Shown here in pieces: positions 27,074 to 35,761 of a DNA stretch of 64,000 nt. Position numbers and translations under genes: made by a program. Under the pieces are notes generated by a model, which saw nothing but the letters and a program-made list of their open reading frames with translations, did no database searches and was not told the DNA's origin. The stretch's first letter is position 1. Each line of letters opens with the position of its first letter. This DNA comes from Planctomycetota bacterium (lineage in GTDB: Bacteria > Planctomycetota > B15-G4): the NCBI GenBank assembly GCA_965248575.1, contig CBDFJQ010000002.1, positions 2,560,001-2,624,000 on the forward strand, in the 5' to 3' direction.

Positions 27074-27817
27074 TCACCCCTTGGCTTGGTTCGCCACGGC
27101 CTCGGCAGCCTTCTTCGCAGCCTCGGGGTCGCCCAGATAACGGCTGCTGATGGGCGTCAGGTCATCATCCAACTCGTACACGAGAGGAATGCCTGTAGGG
27201 ATGTTCAGGCCCAGGATGTCCTCGTCGGAGATTCCATCGAGGTGCTTCACCAGTGCGCGCAGGCTGTTGCCGTGGGCCGCGATGATCACACGCTCTCCCC
27301 GCTTCACGGCCGGCGCAATGACATCGTTCCAAGCGGGAAGGAAACGATCGACCGTGTCCTTCAAACATTCCGACAATGGGATCTCATCTGTCGCGAGCGA
27401 GGCGTAGCGTCGGTCGTGTCCTGGCCAGCGTTCATCACTCTTGTCGAGCGCGGGCGGCGGCACATCATAGGAGCGGCGCCAGATGAGCACCTGATCAGCT
27501 CCGTGCTTCTCCGCCGTCTCCGCCTTGTTGAGCCCCTGCAACGCCCCGTAGTGCCGCTCGTTCAACTGCCACATGCGATGCACGGGCAGCCACATGCGGT
27601 CCATCTCGTCGAGGCTCAGCCACAGCGTCCGGATGGCGCGCTTGAGCAGCGACGTGTAGGCCACGTCGAACTCAAAGCCTCCCTCCTTCAACAGCTGACC
27701 GGCTGTCTTCGCCTCATGCACTCCCTGCTCACTGAGGTCGACGTCGTACCAACCCGTGAAGCGGTTCTCCTTGTTCCATTCGCTCTGACCGTGGCGCAGC
27801 AGGACGAGGGTCTTCAT
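27074..27817 (-). CDS. gpmA: 2,3-bisphosphoglycerate-dependent phosphoglycerate mutase
   Basis: [35 protein letters not shown]. Confidence 0.97.
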   Translation of the reverse strand: MKTLVLLRHGQSEWNKENRFTGWYDVDLSEQGVHEAKTAGQLLKEGGFEFDVAYTSLLKRAIRTLWLSLDEMDRMWLPVHRMWQLNERHYGALQGLNKAETAEKHGADQVLIWRRSYDVPPPALDKSDERWPGHDRRYASLATDEIPLSECLKDTVDRFLPAWNDVIAPAVKRGERVIIAAHGNSLRALVKHLDGISDEDILGLNIPTGIPLVYELDDDLTPISSRYLGDPEAAKKAAEAVANQAKG

Positions 27818-27976
27818 GACGAGGCATCTCAGGCAATGACGGGATGGTTGTGAACGGGGGCGGCTGTCGGCAGCCGACGTCGGGTGCGCGCAGCCACGGC
27901 TTCGCGCCTATCAAACCGTGCCGGCTCCGGGCGGGCAAGGCATGTTCGGCCCAATGCCCCGGGGCGCGGCCGACGC

Positions 27977-28933
27977 TCAGACCAGGAGCTTGATGGCAGC
28001 CGGCACAACTCGCGCGTCAAAGGGAGCCTGCCCCACCAACTCTCCGTCGATGTTGAGCGAGCTCGCGCCCTCCGCCTCCAGGCGAAATTGCGACACCCGG
28101 CGAGCGATCACGAGCGGCGAACTCAGGTGCTCCGCTGTTCGTAGTTTGGCGAAGAGCCCGAGCAGCGCGGCCCGAGTGCCTCCGCGCACCACGATCAGGT
28201 CCAGCAGGCCATCGTCGATCCGCGCATCCGGGGTGATGCGCATCCCGGCCCCGGTGTGCCGCGTATTGCCCGCAAACACGAAGCGCAAGCTCCCCTCCAG
28301 GACCTCATCCTGCAGCACCACACGCCCCCGACGGGCCGGCTGCTTCAGGACTTCCAGCACGCTCGCCACGGTGTAGCGGCTCGACCCCATCCAACGCAGC
28401 TTCTCGGACCGGGCGCCGATATCCGAGACGAGACCCCAGCCGATGATGTTGAAGGCGTGCACGATCTGCTGGCCCATCTCGACCCGGACCAAATCCAGGG
28501 AGCGACGGCGCCCCGAGAGGATCCGGCGCGCCGCTTCACGAGGGTCCAAGGCAGCCAGGTCATGCATGAGGGCGTTGCCGGAGCCGCCCGGCAGAACAGC
28601 CAGCGGCGGCTGCCAGGCGTCCAGGCCGGCGGCAGCTCTCCGATCCATGAGCCCGTTGACCACCTCGTGGATCGTGCCATCACCGCCGAGCGCACAGAGC
28701 GCCATGCCCTCATGCAACTCGAGCTGGCCCGCCAGTTCGCGCGCGTGCCCCGGCGCCTCGGTCTCGTGAACCTGCAACTCCACACCCTGTGACCGCAGGT
28801 GGGCATCCACCTGCGAGAGCACATGCGCCGCACGTCCCCCGCCGCCGTGGGGGTTCATGACGACGGCGAGGGCCCTGGGCGCCGGTGCATGTACCGGTGC
28901 AGGCACCGGCTGAGCTGCTTGGGGCTTAGCCAC
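27977..28933 (-). CDS. Diacylglycerol/sphingosine kinase family lipid kinase
   Basis: NPHGG, GGDGTIHEVVNG, PGGSGNA, DDGLLD, IDGE. Confidence 0.9.
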   Translation of the reverse strand: MAKPQAAQPVPAPVHAPAPRALAVVMNPHGGGGRAAHVLSQVDAHLRSQGVELQVHETEAPGHARELAGQLELHEGMALCALGGDGTIHEVVNGLMDRRAAAGLDAWQPPLAVLPGGSGNALMHDLAALDPREAARRILSGRRRSLDLVRVEMGQQIVHAFNIIGWGLVSDIGARSEKLRWMGSSRYTVASVLEVLKQPARRGRVVLQDEVLEGSLRFVFAGNTRHTGAGMRITPDARIDDGLLDLIVVRGGTRAALLGLFAKLRTAEHLSSPLVIARRVSQFRLEAEGASSLNIDGELVGQAPFDARVVPAAIKLLV

Positions 28934-29576
28934 CGCCCATCAGCGCGTCCACTTCGGCAGCGGACATGCCGTTGAGCTTGTCCAACTGCTTGTCGAGGTC
29001 CGCCTCGAACTCCGCTGCGTCCGCCTTGATGCGCTTGCGCGTCAACTCGCGACGGAACGCCGCGTTCATCTGATCGCGATAGGTGAGGATCACATCGTCC
29101 AGGTCCATGCGGTAGAGCACGAAGTAGGTCTTGGCGATGGGGTCGTGGAAGTCGTCCCACTGCTTGGCGCCGGAGATCATCTGATCCGACACCTGTCGCG
29201 AGATGTCCTGGGTGTATTCCACCGACGAGGCCGTGTCCATGGACTCGTAGTAGTCGCGGTTCGAGGACATGTAGTCCGTCACCATGCTTTGCACGAGCAC
29301 GTTCACCGTGCGGGCGATCTCAGTGCGCGCGCGGGTGCGCGCCTGTGTCAACTGCATGGCGCGGTTGGGGTTCGTCTCGGCAATCCCCACGCCGTAGACG
29401 GCACGAACCTCACCCTCCTCACCGATCCGGTTGGGGCGGGAAATCCACTCGGGCGAGTTGGACGCCGTCGAGAGACTCTGGGGTTCGGTGGACGCACACC
29501 CGGTGGCCAGCCCGCAAGCCATGAGGCCTGCCAGAAGGGTCGCCGGGGAAAGTCTGCTCAAGATGGGTCGTGCCAT
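28926..29576 (-). CDS. LPP20-like lipoprotein
   Basis: Lipobox ATGC, PEWI, YGVGIA, ARTRARTEIAR. Confidence 0.75.
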   Translation of the reverse strand: MARPILSRLSPATLLAGLMACGLATGCASTEPQSLSTASNSPEWISRPNRIGEEGEVRAVYGVGIAETNPNRAMQLTQARTRARTEIARTVNVLVQSMVTDYMSSNRDYYESMDTASSVEYTQDISRQVSDQMISGAKQWDDFHDPIAKTYFVLYRMDLDDVILTYRDQMNAAFRRELTRKRIKADAAEFEADLDKQLDKLNGMSAAEVDALMGGG

Positions 29577-29846
29577 GGTTTTGATCCTTTTTGAAGCCGC
29601 GACGTCCGTGAGACAAGCGGCAAGTCATGAGGGCTTCGAAGAGTGCATTTCGCAAGCCATCACTTGGGTCTGTGGCCAGCCTGCCAAACGCGGCGAGCGG
29701 CCTCTAGGGGGCAGACCCGGGGAAGCACACGGGAGCCTTGCGTCCAAGTCCTGCAAGCGCTGGAGGCCGGGTTTCCCCTGAAGCGGCTTGCGTGCAACCA
29801 TTCAAGCGCCTGTTCCGCACCTCCCCCCCTGCCTCAGGGACTGCCC

Positions 29847-31364
29847 ATGACCTTTCGCTGTCTGCTCGCCATCGCGCTGCTCTTGCCTGGCTGCCTCAGC
29901 ACCTCGGGGACCTCCTTGCCCAAATGGGTGGATGCGCCGGCAAGCCATCCTCGCTGCGACCGGCGAGAGGCACTGTGCGCCGTGGGCATCGCCTCGGGCT
30001 CGGGCCAGGCCGCCCGGGAGCTCGCACAGCAGCGCGCCCTGGAGCAGATCGTGTCGTCGGTGCTCGTGTCCGTGCAGAGCACCATCGACCTGGACTCCAC
30101 GAGCCGCCGTTCCAACGACGACATCTTCTGGACAGATGAGGTACGGGAGCGCATCCGGGTCAGTTCCCAGCAGGAGGACCTGCCCGGACTGGAAGTCGTG
30201 GAACGCTGGGTGCATCCCACGCGGCGCGAGGTGTACGTGCTGGTCAAGGTGCCCCGGGAACTCCTGCTCGACCGCTGGATGCCCCGTGTCGGTCAGGCCC
30301 TGGCTGAAGCCGAGACCTATCTGCTGACGGCCGACGAACTGAGCATGCACAGCCCCGGCCGGGCCATCCACAACACGCTCGAGGCCTACCGGGTCGTGGC
30401 CGGCGCCTACGGAGACGCCATCAAATCCAAGGTCGTCGCGCGGGAATCCAGGCAGCGGGGCCAAGCCGATCAGAGCTTCGCGCGGACGTCCCAACTTATG
30501 GCAGAGACATCCGCTCGCCTGGCTCAGCTCATCGGCGGCGTGCGTCTGGTCAAGTTGGCCGGCGACGGGCAGGCGGGTGTCGTCCGCGGCAGCCTGCCCC
30601 AAGCCCTGCGCGTGCGCCTGGAGTACCAAGACCTCAAGGGCGAGGTGCAACCACTGCAGGACGTTCCACTCCGATTCGCCTCGCGCATCGAGGGCGCCGC
30701 GGATGTGCTGACGGATTCCTCCACCACGGATGCCGCAGGGGAAGCCAGTTGCCGCGTCGTGAACCTGGGCCCCACCGGCCTGGCGAACAACGAGATCCTG
30801 GTCCAGCCGGGCTTCAGCACGGTGGCTCCGGACCTGGCAGACAAGCACGTCCCCGCCGCGAGCTTCGTCTACCACCTCCCCACCGCCGCCGGGACCACGG
30901 TGGTGCTCGCCGTCCGTGAAATCTACGAAGGCTCGCAGCTCTCTCCTTCTGTCCTGCAGGGCGAGCTGGCCTCGCACCTCTCGGGCTTTGGCTTCAGCGT
31001 CCGGGGCCAGGAGCCCAGTGCCTCCATGCCTTCCATCGATCTCGAAACCAGCACCGACCCACAGGCCCTGCGCCAGGCCCTGGGCCCGGACGCGGACGTC
31101 CTCTTGCGCGGCCGGGCTGAGGCCCGCCACAGCAGCCTCGAGAATCAACTGCACTGGTTCCGGGCCTACGCTCAGCTTGAGTTGGTCAACATCGACTCTG
31201 GCCGCGTCACGGCCCTCAGCACCGAAGAAGTCAAAGACGCCCACCGCGAGCACTCGCAGAGCGGCGCCATCCGGGCCCTCAAGCTGCTCAGAGGCCCGCT
31301 CTTCGCCGAGCTCGAACGGACTCTCGTCGCCGACTTCGTTCCCAGCTCTTCGCTTGAGCCGTAG
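29847..31364 (+). CDS. LPP20-domain lipoprotein with Ig-like and C-terminal alpha/beta domains
   Basis: Lipobox LPGC, PKWV, AVGIA, AQQRALEQI; GDGQAG...L.V...TTDAAGEA Ig-like (Big_1-type) motif. Confidence 0.7.
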   Translation: MTFRCLLAIALLLPGCLSTSGTSLPKWVDAPASHPRCDRREALCAVGIASGSGQAARELAQQRALEQIVSSVLVSVQSTIDLDSTSRRSNDDIFWTDEVRERIRVSSQQEDLPGLEVVERWVHPTRREVYVLVKVPRELLLDRWMPRVGQALAEAETYLLTADELSMHSPGRAIHNTLEAYRVVAGAYGDAIKSKVVARESRQRGQADQSFARTSQLMAETSARLAQLIGGVRLVKLAGDGQAGVVRGSLPQALRVRLEYQDLKGEVQPLQDVPLRFASRIEGAADVLTDSSTTDAAGEASCRVVNLGPTGLANNEILVQPGFSTVAPDLADKHVPAASFVYHLPTAAGTTVVLAVREIYEGSQLSPSVLQGELASHLSGFGFSVRGQEPSASMPSIDLETSTDPQALRQALGPDADVLLRGRAEARHSSLENQLHWFRAYAQLELVNIDSGRVTALSTEEVKDAHREHSQSGAIRALKLLRGPLFAELERTLVADFVPSSSLEP

Positions 31365-31397
31365 TCCGCTCCTCGCACGACGCACGGGGCCGGGGAT

Positions 31398-31488
31398 CGC
31401 TGAGCCTGGCCACTAGATCTGCTGCTCAGACAACGAGGCAAACAGACGCCTCGAGAACTCGCCTCAGATCTAGTGGCCAGGCTCAGCG
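31398..31488 (+). repeat. Palindromic unit 1: 18-bp arm, 55-bp conserved core, 18-bp inverted arm
   Basis: CGCTGAGCCTGGCCACTA (31398-31415), core 31416-31470, TAGTGGCCAGGCTCAGCG (31471-31488). Confidence 0.9.
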
Positions 31489-31650
31489 CTCCCCTCCTCG
31501 GTGGAGGAGGTGGACACGATCGGGGCGTGGGGGGAGACGAGTCGACACCTCTTTACGAGTGTGGTGGCGAGTCGACAGCCGGATCGATTCACCCACTCCC
31601 CTGAAAGGAGCAGCACAGTGCCCTCGGAAAGATCCACCGAGGAGGCGGGG

Positions 31651-31741
31651 CCTGATTTTCGGGCAGGCGATCTGAGGCGAGTTCTCGAGGCGTCTGTTTG
31701 CCTCGTTGTCTGAGCAGCAGATCGCCTGCCCGAAAATCAGG
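31651..31741 (-). repeat. Palindromic unit 2: the same 55-bp core inverted, with different 18-bp arms
   Basis: CCTGATTTTCGGGCAGGC (31651-31668), core 31669-31723 (exact reverse complement of 31416-31470), GCCTGCCCGAAAATCAGG (31724-31741). Confidence 0.9.
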
Positions 31742-31816
31742 TCCCGCCGGCACACCGCCTGCACCTCAACCAGAGGCACTGCTGCGAGACGCCCGCTGAC
31801 TGCGTATCCTGCGGGC

Positions 31817-32485
31817 ATGACTGAGAGCACTGACAGCCGTTTTGTTCCGCTCACCGAGCGCTTTGCCCCTGACGCCCCACCGGAAGCGGCCGCCCGCGAC
31901 TTCTATGAGGTCATGCGGCTGCGTCGCACCATCCGGGAATACTCCGACCGACCCGTGTCACGCGAGACCATCGAATGGGTCGTGCGGGCCGCGGGTTCGG
32001 CACCTAGTGGAGCGAACAAGCAGCCCTGGCGTTTCGTGTGTGTCCAGGACCCCGAGACCAAACGGCGCATTCGCGAAGCCGCCGAGGAGGAAGAGCGCGC
32101 GTTCTACGCGGGGCGTGCCAATGAGACCTGGCTTGCCGACCTCGAACCCCTGGGCACGGACACGGACAAGAGCTTCCTGGAAGTGGCGCCGTGGTTGATC
32201 GTCGTCTTCAAGCTCATCCGCGATGACGATGGTGGGCAGGTCTACTACCCCGCAGAATCCGTGGGCCTGGCAGCGGGCATGCTGTTGGCGGCGGCCCACC
32301 ACGCGGGCCTGGCGACGCTCACGCACACCCCCAGCCCCATGGCCTTCCTGAGCAAGGTGCTCGAGCGGCCCGACAACGAGCGCCCCTTCTTGCTGATCCC
32401 CATCGGCTACCCGGCCGAGGAATGCCTGGTGCCCAAGCTGGCCCTGACGCGCAAACCCCTGGACGAGATCATGCTCGTCCGCTGA
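31817..32485 (+). CDS. Nitroreductase superfamily, iodotyrosine deiodinase (IYD)-like
   Basis: RRTIREYS, APSGANKQPW, lid AAEEEERAFY...WLADLEPLGT..DKSFLEVAP, LTHTPSP, IGYP. Confidence 0.85.
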   Translation: MTESTDSRFVPLTERFAPDAPPEAAARDFYEVMRLRRTIREYSDRPVSRETIEWVVRAAGSAPSGANKQPWRFVCVQDPETKRRIREAAEEEERAFYAGRANETWLADLEPLGTDTDKSFLEVAPWLIVVFKLIRDDDGGQVYYPAESVGLAAGMLLAAAHHAGLATLTHTPSPMAFLSKVLERPDNERPFLLIPIGYPAEECLVPKLALTRKPLDEIMLVR

Positions 32486-32490
32486 GGCCT

Positions 32491-33957
32491 TCAGGCACCG
32501 GCGCCCTGCTCCTCTTCGGGCCCCGCGTCCTTCTCAGGGCCCTGCTCGGTGTCCAGGTCCGCTTCACTGCTCTCGGCCGTCAGCTGGAACACGGTCGGCG
32601 TGGGTTCGCGCACACCCGATTCGATCACCGGCGGCGAGGACACGCGCTTGACCGCCTCCGGCAGCCCGAGTTCCTCCAACTTGCGGCCCTCCACCAGCAC
32701 GCGACTCTCGAAGCTGCCCATGGCCTTGTTGTAGGCCGAGACCGCCCCGTCCAACCCCCTGCCGACGCGGATCAGATGGTCCGTGAAGACCGTCACGCGC
32801 TTGTAGAACTCCTGGGCGACATTCATGGCCTCTTGGGCGTTGAGCGCGATCTTCTCCTGGCTCCAGTAAATCCCCACCGTGCGCAACAGGGCGACCAGCG
32901 TGACCGGCGTCGCGATCAACACCCGATCGCGCAGGGCCTCCACCTGCAGATCCGGGTTCTTCTGGAAGGCCGCCGCGAGCACCGGCTCGGCAGGCACGAA
33001 CATGACCACGTAGTCGATCTTCGCGTCCAGGCTCTTGGCGTAGTCCTTCTTGGCCAACTCGCGCACCCGAGTCCGCAAGGCGACCGCGTGCTGGGCCAGG
33101 AAGCGCTCCCGTTCGGCGGGGTCACTCGTCTCGGAGGCCTTCTGATAGTCCGTGAACGGCGCCTTGGCATCGACCGGGATGGCCCCACCCCCTGGTAGCT
33201 TCACCACCATGTCGGGGCGCTGCCCGTCTGCATCCGTGACTTGAAGGCTGAAGTCGCAGTGCTCCGTCATGCCTGCCAGCTCGGCCACGTTGCGCAGGGC
33301 CATCTCGCCCCAACGACCTCGGGCCTGGCTACTGCCGCGCAAGGCCTCCGTCAGGGCATGGCTACTCTTGTGCAGCTCTGCCGTCGTGCTGGCCAGCTGG
33401 GTGAACTGTGCCTGGATCTCACCGTAGGCCTTCTCGCGTTTGGCCTCCAGCTGCTGCGTGCTCTCACCCACCGCCTTGAGCTTCTCGGTCAGCGGCTTGA
33501 CCAACGCCTCGATCGCCTGCTTGCGCTGCTCCAACTCCGCAGCGCCATGCTTCTCGCTGATCTCCAGCTTCGACTTGGCCAGCTCCAGGAATTGCGTCGT
33601 GCTCTCCTGCAGCACCTTGGCCGCGGTGGAGCGGAAGGTCTCGACGGTGCGTTTCTCGGCTTCGAGATGGGCGTTCTCCTGTTCCTCCCGGCGCGCCTCG
33701 GCCGCAGCCAACTCGGCGCGCGCCAGGGCTGACTCCTCTTGTACCCGCTTCAATTCCGTTTGCAGGGCCTCCAACTCGACACGGGCTTGGCCGCGTGTCT
33801 CTTCCCGCTCCCGGCGCAGCTCGTCCCGCTCCCGGGCGGCGGCTTCCAACTCCCGCTGGCCTGCCGCCTTGGCATCCGCGGCACCCTTGCGCCCCAACCA
33901 GAGCCCGAGGGCGAGGCCGGCAACCAAGGCGAGAAGAGGAATCAGGGCATCGGGCAT
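32491..33957 (-). CDS. rmuC: DNA recombination protein RmuC
   Basis: N-terminal TM helix, coiled coil, [38 protein letters not shown]. Confidence 0.92.
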   Translation of the reverse strand: MPDALIPLLALVAGLALGLWLGRKGAADAKAAGQRELEAAARERDELRREREETRGQARVELEALQTELKRVQEESALARAELAAAEARREEQENAHLEAEKRTVETFRSTAAKVLQESTTQFLELAKSKLEISEKHGAAELEQRKQAIEALVKPLTEKLKAVGESTQQLEAKREKAYGEIQAQFTQLASTTAELHKSSHALTEALRGSSQARGRWGEMALRNVAELAGMTEHCDFSLQVTDADGQRPDMVVKLPGGGAIPVDAKAPFTDYQKASETSDPAERERFLAQHAVALRTRVRELAKKDYAKSLDAKIDYVVMFVPAEPVLAAAFQKNPDLQVEALRDRVLIATPVTLVALLRTVGIYWSQEKIALNAQEAMNVAQEFYKRVTVFTDHLIRVGRGLDGAVSAYNKAMGSFESRVLVEGRKLEELGLPEAVKRVSSPPVIESGVREPTPTVFQLTAESSEADLDTEQGPEKDAGPEEEQGAGA

Positions 33958-34063
33958 GGCGAACACTCGGACCGCGGGTGCGGGTGGGTCGGGGCAGGCG
34001 GCCGAGGATACCCTGGCGGGCACCTCGCAGCCCCCTCCAGCCTCCTCACCCACGAGCGCCCCC

Positions 34064-34483
34064 ATGAAGTCCCATCGCCAGGAACTCTGGTTCGAAGTCC
34101 CCCAACGCCGAGGCTTCCTCAACATCACGCAGCACGTTCAGCAAGCGCTGAGCGACTCAGGTATCCGCGAGGGGCTGTGCTTGGTGAATGCCATGCACAT
34201 CACCGCCAGCGTCTTCATCAACGATGACGAAGCCGGGCTCCACCAGGACTACGAGCGCTGGCTCGAGCAACTGGCGCCTCACGAACCCCTCTCCCTCTAC
34301 AAGCACAACAACACCGGTGAGGACAACGGAGATGCCCACTGCAAGCGCCAGATCATGGGTCGCGAAGTGGTCGTGGCCGTCACGGACGGGCAGTTGGACT
34401 TCGGCACCTGGGAGCAGATCTTCTACGGCGAGTTCGACGGACGGCGCCGCAAGCGCGTGCTCGTGAAGATCATCGGGGAGTAG
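34064..34483 (+). CDS. yjbQ: YjbQ / UPF0047 family protein
   Basis: [38 protein letters not shown]. Confidence 0.92.
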   Translation: MKSHRQELWFEVPQRRGFLNITQHVQQALSDSGIREGLCLVNAMHITASVFINDDEAGLHQDYERWLEQLAPHEPLSLYKHNNTGEDNGDAHCKRQIMGREVVVAVTDGQLDFGTWEQIFYGEFDGRRRKRVLVKIIGE

Positions 34484-35759
34484 GCTTTGGCGATCCGGGG
34501 GGAGCGCCCGGCCCTGATCCAGAGGGGACGTCGGCCGAAGATCGCAGGGCAGCCAGGGCGGTCAGGAACATCAGGACCGCCGCCAGGACGAAGAGCGGGC
34601 CGAGGCCGAACTTGGCTCCCAGCATGCCGCCGCCCAAGGGCGCCGTGGCCCGGGCCAGGACGACCACCGAGAAGGTCACGCCCTGGGCTGCGCCGCGCTT
34701 CTCCACCGGGCTGTTGCGTGCGGCAGCACTGAAAGCCGCCGGCACCACACCCGCAACGAACGCGCCGCTCGCAAAGCGCAAGAGGGCCAGCAGGGTGACG
34801 TCGTCCACGAAGCGCTGGCCCAGATAGGCCGCCCCTGCACCTGCGGCGCACACCGCCAGCAGACGGCGGTTCCCCAGGCGATCCCCGATGCGCCCCCAGA
34901 CGGGCGTGAACATCAGGGTCGCCAGGGCCTGAGCGCCGAACACCAGTCCTGTCACCGTCTCCAACCGCTCCGGTTCGAAGCCGGTGCGGGTCTCGACCCA
35001 GAGCGCCAGCAAGGGGTCGAGCAGGGACGCCCCGAAGCGCACGGCGAAGGCCCCCGCCAGCACGATGCGCAGCACAGGGTGGCCAAGGAAGGCGCCCACG
35101 TCGCGCATGACGGCTCGCCACATCGCCAACGCCTCGGGCTTGGAGGCCGCGGCCGACGGATCGTCCTCGGGCTCCTTCACGAACAGCGCCACGAGCAACA
35201 GGGCCACGACGCTCAGGGCTGAGCACACCACGAAGACCGCCCGATGCCCGAACTGGTCGGCGATGGTCCCACCCATGAGCGGTCCCACGATGCCTCCCGC
35301 CATGAGCGCAGTCTGCAGGTTCGCGGACACGCGCCCCTGCCGTGCGGCGGGCGTGCTGACCGAGACGAGCGTCATGGCTGGGGCGATGAAGCCCGAGAAC
35401 ACTCCCTGCCCCAACCGCAAGGCCAGCATGGGCCACGGCCCGCTCACAAAACCCATGGCACCCACGAAGATGACGATGGCCATGTTCGCGCGCAGGATCA
35501 TCAACTTGCGCCCGTAGCGATCGCCCAGGGCACCCCAGAAGGGCCCCATCAAGGCCGCCGGCAAGGGCGCCGCCGCGACGATGATGCCCGACCAGATGCG
35601 CACCGCCTCGTCCCCCACCACCCCGATCTCTTCCATGTAGAGCGGGATCAGCGGCAGGAAGCCCATCATCCCCACGGAGGTGATGAAGTTGCTGAACCAG
35701 ATGAGGATGAAGTTGCGCCGCGCGTAGGGCGGCACATCGTCGCGGGGACTCTCGGTCAC
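34470..35759 (-). CDS. MFS transporter (DHA1/MdtG-like)
   Basis: About 12 TM helices, [11 protein letters not shown] motif [20 protein letters not shown]. Confidence 0.9.
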   Translation of the reverse strand: MTESPRDDVPPYARRNFILIWFSNFITSVGMMGFLPLIPLYMEEIGVVGDEAVRIWSGIIVAAAPLPAALMGPFWGALGDRYGRKLMILRANMAIVIFVGAMGFVSGPWPMLALRLGQGVFSGFIAPAMTLVSVSTPAARQGRVSANLQTALMAGGIVGPLMGGTIADQFGHRAVFVVCSALSVVALLLVALFVKEPEDDPSAAASKPEALAMWRAVMRDVGAFLGHPVLRIVLAGAFAVRFGASLLDPLLALWVETRTGFEPERLETVTGLVFGAQALATLMFTPVWGRIGDRLGNRRLLAVCAAGAGAAYLGQRFVDDVTLLALLRFASGAFVAGVVPAAFSAAARNSPVEKRGAAQGVTFSVVVLARATAPLGGGMLGAKFGLGPLFVLAAVLMFLTALAALRSSADVPSGSGPGAPPGSPKPTPR

Positions 35760-35761
35760 GC

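Noticed and set aside
31416..31470. Sequencing-adapter contamination (AGATC ends)
   Set aside because: Beyond AGATC the core does not match the Illumina, Nextera or SMRTbell adapters I know; a read-level check is still advisable.
31501..31713. 70-aa ORF (and 31483-31854 on the minus strand) inside the palindromic region
   Set aside because: No motifs, and it runs through the repeats; DNA or RNA structure explains the region better.
31398..31741. CRISPR array or integron attC interpretation of the repeat region
   Set aside because: Only two copies, inverted rather than direct; no spacer series, cas gene or integrase; no RYYYAAC/GTTRRRY ends.
33440..34063. Long N-terminal extensions in the ORF track for yjbQ (likewise EVE, glcE, glcF, rmuC and the Mo enzyme)
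   Set aside because: They overlap neighbouring genes; family homology starts at the downstream start codons used here.
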